Source of the DNA: Flavobacteriales bacterium
GTDB lineage: Bacteria > Bacteroidota > Bacteroidia > NS11-12g > UBA955
Length of the DNA stretch: 64,000 nucleotides
Assembly: GCA_024643755.1 (NCBI GenBank)
Contig: JAHEMG010000006.1
Location: 573 to 64,572, forward strand
Direction: 5' to 3'
The notes under the pieces are model-generated. The model did no database searches, was not told where the DNA came from, and was given only the letters and a program-made list of their open reading frames with translations. Made by a program: the position numbers and the translations under genes. Below, piece by piece: positions 58,339 through 64,000 of the stretch (position 1 is its first letter; each line of letters begins with the position of its first letter).

Positions 58339-59706
58339 ATGAAAAAGCTGATTGAAACGTTTAAGCATATTTGGTCTATCGAGGATCTCCGCAAACGCAT
58401 TGTATATACATTGTCGTTGTTGGTGATCTATCGTTTGGGATCTTATGTGATTTTGCCAGGTATCGATAGCGATGCGTTGGAAGGTTTAAATAGCCAAACC
58501 AAAAATAACATTTTGGGACTGATCAACACCTTTGCTGGTGGTGCCTTCGGTCGCGGTGCAATCTTTGCGTTGGGAATTATGCCTTACATCTCGGCTTCGA
58601 TTTTCATGCAGCTGTTTTCAATTGCCGTACCTGCTTTCCAGCGTTTGCAGAAAGAGGGTGAGGAAGGTCGTAGGAAAATCAATCAATATACCCGTATTCT
58701 TACTATTGCTTTTACGATGGTTCAGGCTTACGGTTATTTGAATAACATTGCTTCAACTCCGGGTAACGGACAGGCATTGTTGTACAACTTTTCTGATGTA
58801 ATCACTCCTGGAATGTTCATGGTAACCAACATGTTCTTGCTTACTGCCGGAACGATGTTTACTATGTGGTTGGGTGAGCGTATTACAGACCGTGGATTGG
58901 GCAATGGAATCAGTTTGTTGATCATGGTAGGTATCATTGCTCGACTCCCATCAGCTTTGTTGAGTGAAATGGTTTTCCGTTTCAGCGATGCAGGATTCAT
59001 TTTGTTTATCATTGAAATGGTTCTTTGGTTTATGGTTGTATTGGGTGTTATTTTATTGACACAAGGTACCCGTAAGATTACCATTAACTACGCTAAGCGT
59101 GTTGTAGGAAACCGTCAATACGGTGGAGCACGTCAATACTTGCCCATCAAAATTTTGGCGGCAGGTGTAATGCCTATCATCTTTGCACAAGCTATTTTGT
59201 TCTTGCCTGCAACCATTGGTAGTTTCTACACGCAAACTGCACCACCAGAGTGGTTGATGAGCATGATGAACCCCAACAGCTTTTGGCACAATGCGATTTT
59301 GATTTTCTTGATCGTTGTATTCACTTATTTCTATACTGCAATCATTTTCAACCCTGTTCAGATGGCGGATGATATGAAACGCAACAACGGTTTTATCCCT
59401 GGTATCAAGCCTGGCAAACAAACTGCAAACTTCATTGATGGTGTGATTTCAAAGATTACATTCCCTGGAGCTGTGTTTATTAGTTTGGTTGCTGTGATGC
59501 CCGTGGTTGCTGTTGCCTTCAAAGTTAACCAAGAGTTCAGCCAGTTCTTTGGCGGTACAAGTTTGTTGATTTTGGTGGGTGTAGTATTGGATACTTTACA
59601 ACAGATCGACAGTTACTTATTGATGCGTAAATACGACGGATTGATGAGTGGCGGTGGAAAATTGAAGGGTAGAATGACAAATCAGTATAGTCAAGTTGAT
59701 TTTTAA
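58339..59706 (+). CDS. secY: Preprotein translocase subunit SecY
   Basis: 455 aa. Ten-TM pattern, GIMPYISASI motif, position after rplO. Confidence 0.97.
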   Translation: MKKLIETFKHIWSIEDLRKRIVYTLSLLVIYRLGSYVILPGIDSDALEGLNSQTKNNILGLINTFAGGAFGRGAIFALGIMPYISASIFMQLFSIAVPAFQRLQKEGEEGRRKINQYTRILTIAFTMVQAYGYLNNIASTPGNGQALLYNFSDVITPGMFMVTNMFLLTAGTMFTMWLGERITDRGLGNGISLLIMVGIIARLPSALLSEMVFRFSDAGFILFIIEMVLWFMVVLGVILLTQGTRKITINYAKRVVGNRQYGGARQYLPIKILAAGVMPIIFAQAILFLPATIGSFYTQTAPPEWLMSMMNPNSFWHNAILIFLIVVFTYFYTAIIFNPVQMADDMKRNNGFIPGIKPGKQTANFIDGVISKITFPGAVFISLVAVMPVVAVAFKVNQEFSQFFGGTSLLILVGVVLDTLQQIDSYLLMRKYDGLMSGGGKLKGRMTNQYSQVDF

Positions 59707-59742
59707 TAAGAAGTTTATTAATTTCGCAGCCCTTTTAACGAC

Positions 59743-59961
59743 ATGTCAAAGCAAGATGCAATAAAACAAGATGGAACGATAACGGAAGCGTTGTCGAATG
59801 CCATGTTCCGCGTGAAGTTGCAGAACGGACATGAAATCATAGCAACAATTTCAGGAAAGATGCGTATGCACTACATCCGTATCCTACCTGGTGACAGAGT
59901 ACAAGTTGAAATGTCGCCTTACGATTTAACGAGAGGTAGAATTTCATATAGATATAAGTAA
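59743..59961 (+). CDS. infA: Translation initiation factor IF-1
   Basis: 72 aa. [31 protein letters not shown]. Confidence 0.97.
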   Translation: MSKQDAIKQDGTITEALSNAMFRVKLQNGHEIIATISGKMRMHYIRILPGDRVQVEMSPYDLTRGRISYRYK

Positions 59962-59965
59962 GACC

Positions 59966-60082
59966 ATGAAAGTAAGAACCGCAGTAAAAAAGCGCAGTGT
60001 AGACTGTAAAATCGTACGCCGTAAGGGTAAGGTGTATGTTATCAACAAGAAGAACCCAAAATATAAGCAAAGACAAGGATAA
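59966..60082 (+). CDS. rpmJ: 50S ribosomal protein L36 (Cys-poor, zinc-independent type)
   Basis: Not in ORF track (38 aa). Own translation: [38 protein letters not shown], stop TAA at 60080-60082. Canonical position between infA and rpsM. Confidence 0.93.
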   Translation: MKVRTAVKKRSVDCKIVRRKGKVYVINKKNPKYKQRQG

Positions 60083-60087
60083 CCATA

Positions 60088-60465
60088 ATGGCTAGGATAG
60101 CAGGGATAGATATTCCCAAAAACAAACGAGGCGTAATTGGCCTGACCTACATCTACGGAATTGGTAGTAGTAGAGCTGCATTGATTTTAGATCAGGCAGG
60201 AATCAGTCATGACAAAAAGGTGAATGAGTGGAATGATGACGAATTGGCATCAATTCGTAACTTCATTACGGCCAACATCAAAACAGAAGGTGAATTGCGT
60301 TCTGAAGTTCAATTGAACATCAAGCGATTGATGGACATCGGATGTTACCGTGGTCAGCGTCACCGTAAGGGATTGCCCGTGCGTGGTCAGCGTACCAGCA
60401 CCAATGCACGTACAAGAAAAGGTAAGCGTAAGACGGTTGCCGGTAAGAAAAAAGCCACTAAGTAA
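60088..60465 (+). CDS. rpsM: 30S ribosomal protein S13
   Basis: [14 protein letters not shown], 125 aa. Confidence 0.97.
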   Translation: MARIAGIDIPKNKRGVIGLTYIYGIGSSRAALILDQAGISHDKKVNEWNDDELASIRNFITANIKTEGELRSEVQLNIKRLMDIGCYRGQRHRKGLPVRGQRTSTNARTRKGKRKTVAGKKKATK

Positions 60466-60485
60466 TCCATAGCACGAACAGAATC

Positions 60486-60878
60486 ATGGCAAATACAAAT
60501 AAGAAAAAAGTAGTAAAAAAGAAGGTAAAAGTTGATCCATTGGGTCAGGTGCACATTCGTGCAACCTTCAATAATATTATTATCTCAGTGACCAATGTGG
60601 ACGGACAGGTTATTAGCTGGTCATCAGCTGGTAAAATGGGTTTCAGAGGCTCTAAGAAAAATACGCCATATGCGGCACAGGTATCGTCTTTGGATTGTGC
60701 TAAAGTGGCATATGATGCTGGTTTAAGAAAGGTTGACGTTTTTGTAAAGGGTCCTGGTAGTGGTCGTGATAGTGCCATCCGTAACCTTCAAACAGTGGGT
60801 ATCGAAGTAATGTCTATCACTGATATTACCCCAATGCCACACAATGGTTGCCGTCCTCCAAAACGCAGAAGAGTATAA
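60486..60878 (+). CDS. rpsK: 30S ribosomal protein S11
   Basis: 130 aa. [15 protein letters not shown]...[14 protein letters not shown]. Confidence 0.97.
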   Translation: MANTNKKKVVKKKVKVDPLGQVHIRATFNNIIISVTNVDGQVISWSSAGKMGFRGSKKNTPYAAQVSSLDCAKVAYDAGLRKVDVFVKGPGSGRDSAIRNLQTVGIEVMSITDITPMPHNGCRPPKRRRV

Positions 60879-60901
60879 TTAACATTTAGAAGAAAAAACC
60901 A

Positions 60902-61507
60902 ATGGCAAGATATACAGGTCCAAAATCCAAAGTTGCACGTCGTTTCCGTGAAGCGATTTTCGGAAAAGATAAAGCACTTGAAAAAAAGAACTACGGTCCA
61001 GGACAGCACGGGAATTCACGTCGTAAGCCCAAGAAGTCTGAGTACGCAGTTCAATTGGCTGAAAAGCAAAAAGCCAAATACACTTATGGTGTATTGGAGA
61101 AGCAGTTCCGTAACACTTTCAAGCGTGCGGCTGCTAAAAAGGGAATCACCGGTGAGAATTTGTTGAAATTCTTGGAGGCGCGTTTGGATAATGCAGTTTA
61201 CCGTATGGGTATTGCTCCAACCCGTCGTGGTGCCCGTCAATTGGTTTCTCACTGTCACATTTTGGTGAATGGTGAGGTTGTGAACATCCCAAGTTACCAA
61301 TTGCGTCCAGGCGACGAGGTAGCTGTACGTGAGCGTTCTAAATCATTGGAAGTTATTACAAATTCAGTAAGTAAAGTAAACAACCGCTTTAGCTGGATCG
61401 ATTGGAATGGAAACGAATTCAGTGGTAAGTTTTTGACTTATCCTGAGCGTTCTGAGATTCCTGAGAACATCAAAGAGCAGTTGATTGTCGAACTTTATAG
61501 CAAATAA
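60902..61507 (+). CDS. rpsD: 30S ribosomal protein S4
   Basis: [15 protein letters not shown], 201 aa. Confidence 0.97.
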   Translation: MARYTGPKSKVARRFREAIFGKDKALEKKNYGPGQHGNSRRKPKKSEYAVQLAEKQKAKYTYGVLEKQFRNTFKRAAAKKGITGENLLKFLEARLDNAVYRMGIAPTRRGARQLVSHCHILVNGEVVNIPSYQLRPGDEVAVRERSKSLEVITNSVSKVNNRFSWIDWNGNEFSGKFLTYPERSEIPENIKEQLIVELYSK

Positions 61508-61519
61508 TTAGAAAAAATC

Positions 61520-62512
61520 ATGGGTGTAATACCTTTTCAAAAACCAAATAAAGTGGTTATGCACAAAGCCACCGATTTCCACGGATTGTTTGAATTCAGT
61601 CCGTTGGAAAAAGGCTACGGTGTAACCATTGGAAATGCGATGCGCAGAATCCTCCTTTCTTCTTTGGAAGGTTTTGCCATTACCTCCGTTAAGATTCAAG
61701 GAGTAGATCATGAATTCAGCACAATCAAAGGTGTAACCGAAGATGTAGTTGAAATGGTATTGAATCTGAAGCAGGTGCGTTTCAAATCAAATTCTTCTAC
61801 AGAAGAGCAAGAGAAAATCTTCATTTCTGTAAAAGGTAAAGATCAGTTTTTGGCTGGCGACATTGGTCGTTATACCAATGCATTTAATATCTTGAATCCT
61901 GAGTTGGTTATCTGTAACATGGAACCAACTGTGAATTTGGAATTGGAAATTACCGTTGGCAAAGGCCGTGGTTATGTTCCTGCAGAAGAGAACAAAGTGA
62001 AGGATGCCCAAATCGGTACCATCGCTATTGATTCTATCTACACACCTATCCGTAACGTGAAATACAGCGTTGAGGATTTCCGTGTAGAGCAAAGAACAGA
62101 TTACGAGAAACTGGTTATGGAAGTAACTACCGATGGTAGCATCCACCCAGAAGAAGCCATGAAAGAAGCTGCGAAAATTTTGATTCAGCATTTTGTGTTG
62201 TTCAGCGATGAAAACATTATGCCCGAGTCAAAAGCAAGCAAAGCCGTTGAGGAAGTTGACGAAGGATTCTTGTCAATGCGTAAAGTGTTGAAGACTCCCT
62301 TGGCTGACTTGGACTTGTCTGTACGTGCTTACAATTGCTTGAAAGCAGCTGAAATCAAAACATTGGGAGAATTGGTAAACTACCACATTGATGACTTGTT
62401 GAAATTCAGAAACTTTGGTAAAAAATCATTGTCTGAGTTGGAAGAGTTTGTTCGTGAAAAAGGCTTGCACTTTGGAATGGACGTTGCCAGATATAACATT
62501 AACGAAGACTAA
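61520..62512 (+). CDS. rpoA: DNA-directed RNA polymerase subunit alpha
   Basis: 330 aa. [15 protein letters not shown]-terminal domain motif and C-terminal domain [21 protein letters not shown]. Confidence 0.97.
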   Translation: MGVIPFQKPNKVVMHKATDFHGLFEFSPLEKGYGVTIGNAMRRILLSSLEGFAITSVKIQGVDHEFSTIKGVTEDVVEMVLNLKQVRFKSNSSTEEQEKIFISVKGKDQFLAGDIGRYTNAFNILNPELVICNMEPTVNLELEITVGKGRGYVPAEENKVKDAQIGTIAIDSIYTPIRNVKYSVEDFRVEQRTDYEKLVMEVTTDGSIHPEEAMKEAAKILIQHFVLFSDENIMPESKASKAVEEVDEGFLSMRKVLKTPLADLDLSVRAYNCLKAAEIKTLGELVNYHIDDLLKFRNFGKKSLSELEEFVREKGLHFGMDVARYNINED

Positions 62513-62519
62513 TTAAGAG

Positions 62520-63104
62520 ATGAGACACGGAAAGAAAATTAATCACTTGGGAAGAACAGCTTCACATCGCGCCGCGATGCTGTCGAACATGGCTTCTTCT
62601 TTGATCATACACAAGCGTATCGTTACCACTGTAGCGAAAGCAAAAGCGTTGCGTGTATTTGTTGAGCCTATCATTACCCGCAGCAAAGACGCCTCTACCC
62701 ACAATTACCGTACAGCTTTCTCTTATTTGAAAGATAAAGAAGCCGTTACTGAATTGTTCACTGTAGTTGGTGGCAAAGTAGCAAACAGAGACGGTGGTTA
62801 TACCCGCATTTTGAAAACTGGCAATCGTGCCGGTGACAATGCAGAAATGGCCATGATCGAATTGGTGGATTTTAACGAATTCTTTGAAGGTTTCAATGCC
62901 GACAAGAAGAAGTCAACCACTCGTCGTTCACGTCGTGGTGGCGCTGCTGCTGCTAAAACAGCTGCTCCAGCTGCTGTAGTTGTTGAAGAAGTTGCTGTTG
63001 AAGAAGTTGCTGTTGAAGAAGTAGTTGCTGAAACTGCCGAAGCACCTGTAGTGGAAGATGCACCAGCTGCTGACGAAACTGCTGCTGAAGACGAAGCAAA
63101 ATAA
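62520..63104 (+). CDS. rplQ: 50S ribosomal protein L17 with Ala/Val/Glu-rich acidic C-terminal extension
   Basis: [21 protein letters not shown]..., 194 aa. Tail [47 protein letters not shown]. Confidence 0.96.
   Translation: MRHGKKINHLGRTASHRAAMLSNMASSLIIHKRIVTTVAKAKALRVFVEPIITRSKDASTHNYRTAFSYLKDKEAVTELFTVVGGKVANRDGGYTRILKTGNRAGDNAEMAMIELVDFNEFFEGFNADKKKSTTRRSRRGGAAAAKTAAPAAVVVEEVAVEEVAVEEVVAETAEAPVVEDAPAADETAAEDEAK
62982..63026 (+). repeat. 15-bp in-frame tandem repeat (gttgaagaagttgct x2 plus one degenerate copy) inside the rplQ tail
   Basis: Identical units at 62982-62996 and 62997-63011. The third unit 63012-63026 differs at 2 positions. Encodes VEEVA repeats. Confidence 0.85.
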
Positions 63105-63121
63105 TTTAACTGAACCTATTG

Positions 63122-63156
63122 AAAAGGGCCGCCCATCTGGGCGGCCCTTTTTGTTT
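63122..63156 (+). terminator. Rho-independent terminator ending the ribosomal superoperon
   Basis: 13-bp stem aaaagggccgccc / gggcggccctttt, loop atct, T-rich tail. Confidence 0.85.
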
Positions 63157-63270
63157 GATCAAACTTTGTTGTGAAACCGTATGCATTATCTCATAACCGT
63201 TTATTACAGGTAAACTTTATGGATCGCTTTAAGGATTTTGAATTGTTTAACTCTACAGTTTATAAAGGAC

Positions 63271-63302
63271 AAAAAAAACTCCGGAATGTTAAATCCCGGA
63301 GT
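63271..63302 (-). terminator. Probable terminator of the S46 peptidase gene (minus strand)
   Basis: 7-bp stem actccgg / ccggagt with an 11-nt loop. On the minus strand it is followed by T7 (plus-strand A-run 63271-63277). Confidence 0.45.
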
Positions 63303-63338
63303 TAGTTGTTTTGGAAATTTATTCGTGATTGACTATTA

Positions 63339-64000
63339 TTACTTTCCCTGTAACATATCTTCTGTGATGCCAATCTCGCCCAATATGTGGTCAGCTTTTG
63401 AAACGTATTTCATCACGAACAAAGCATAGCGAATATCACATCCAATAGAGCGACTGTAGTTTTCATTCCAGGCGTAATCGTTTATTGTGGCTGTAAAACT
63501 GCGGTCAAAATTAATTCCTATCAGTTCGCCCCGTTCATTCAAGACCGGTGATCCACTGTTTCCACCTGTAGTATCCAAATTGTACAGCATACCAACAATG
63601 ACTTTCCCTGTTTTAGGGTCTTTAAAAATTGGTGCGATGTCCTTAATGCGCAAATTGTCGGCCACTACACTCGGTAAGCGATAGTCCGGACGGGTATTGG
63701 CCTTTTCGAATATGCCATCCAAATAGGTGTAGGGTTGGTGAATTTCACCGTCGTTCGGACTGTACCTGCGGATGTAACCATAAGTTAAACGCAATGTGCT
63801 GTTCGCATCAGGGATAAATAGAGTGGCCTTGAAATCGCGTCGCATATCTAAATAAATTGGCATCGCTGCTTTGATGTTCTCTTCGATTTTAGCCGATTGA
63901 GCGCCTACGGGTATTGTAATACGATTTATCAAACGTCCCCATTGGCTCAACGCATCTTCCTTAAAAATGGTTTTGTCCCACCATTTTGCTGTGAAATTGC
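63339..64000 (-). CDS. S46 family dipeptidyl-peptidase (DPP7/DPP11-like), C-terminal part; gene runs off the right edge
   Basis: Catalytic-Ser motif TTGGNSGSPVLNERGELIGINFD. The track start at 63950 is an internal TTG. My translation of 63951-63998 continues without a stop (NFTAKWWDKTIFKEDA...). Confidence 0.85.
   Translation of the reverse strand, partial: NFTAKWWDKTIFKEDALSQWGRLINRITIPVGAQSAKIEENIKAAMPIYLDMRRDFKATLFIPDANSTLRLTYGYIRRYSPNDGEIHQPYTYLDGIFEKANTRPDYRLPSVVADNLRIKDIAPIFKDPKTGKVIVGMLYNLDTTGGNSGSPVLNERGELIGINFDRSFTATINDYAWNENYSRSIGCDIRYALFVMKYVSKADHILGEIGITEDMLQGK

Noticed and set aside
63238-63429. 63-aa plus-strand ORF between rplQ and the S46 peptidase gene.
   Set aside because: It starts in the intergenic A/T-rich spacer and runs through the S46 terminator into the S46 coding region on the opposite strand. 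It has no motif.
1-64000. Searched by eye for tRNA or rRNA genes, CRISPR repeats, IS elements and inverted terminal repeats, integrases, toxin-antitoxin pairs and defence-system signatures.
   Set aside because: No intergenic region is long enough (maximum about 238 nt) or structured enough. No repeat-spacer periodicity and no transposase, integrase or nuclease-like ORFs were seen. The window looks like syntenic core genome.

Overview
Core chromosomal segment of a gliding member of the phylum Bacteroidota. Diagnostic content: sprA, gldA-gldF-gldG, porQ, a PorZ-like protein, type III glutamine synthetase, S9B and S46 dipeptidyl-peptidases, TAnnTTTG promoter boxes, mostly A-rich rather than Shine-Dalgarno start contexts, and a strong TTG-Leu codon preference. 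Layout: (1) 1-15.1 kb, housekeeping and secreted proteins: bcp fragment, DPP IV, kup, glnN, a Cys-rich repeat protein, trxB, a BNR/Asp-box protein, ppiD, SIS isomerase, MBL hydrolase. (2) 15.1-29.9 kb, one co-directional minus-strand block: gldA-gldF-gldG-ruvA-sprA-PorZ-like-M20 peptidase. (3) 29.9-34.3 kb: M23 peptidase, ribF, porQ, cmk, tpiA. (4) 34.4-38.9 kb: a 1504-aa uncharacterised secreted protein. (5) 38.9-45.9 kb: truA, thiolase, a small membrane protein plus TonB-dependent receptor, yebC, a DUF1573 protein. (6) 46.2-63.1 kb: an uninterrupted 32-gene ribosomal-protein superoperon from rpsL to rplQ, including fusA, secY, infA, rpmJ (absent from the ORF track) and rpoA. (7) Right edge: an S46 peptidase fragment. 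I found no tRNA or rRNA genes, CRISPR array, transposase or integrase, or phage, toxin or defence-like genes. This is an ordinary core region and I cannot honestly point to a clear novel multi-gene system. The most second-look-worthy items are the 1504-aa orphan secreted protein, the fusion of the gliding ABC transporter with ruvA, the T9SS translocon and a PorZ-like gene into one block, a recurring pattern of promoter boxes 5-9 nt from start codons (apparently leaderless mRNAs), and candidate T9SS cargo proteins with unusual repeat architecture. All functional calls come from motif and architecture recognition by eye; no database search was run.
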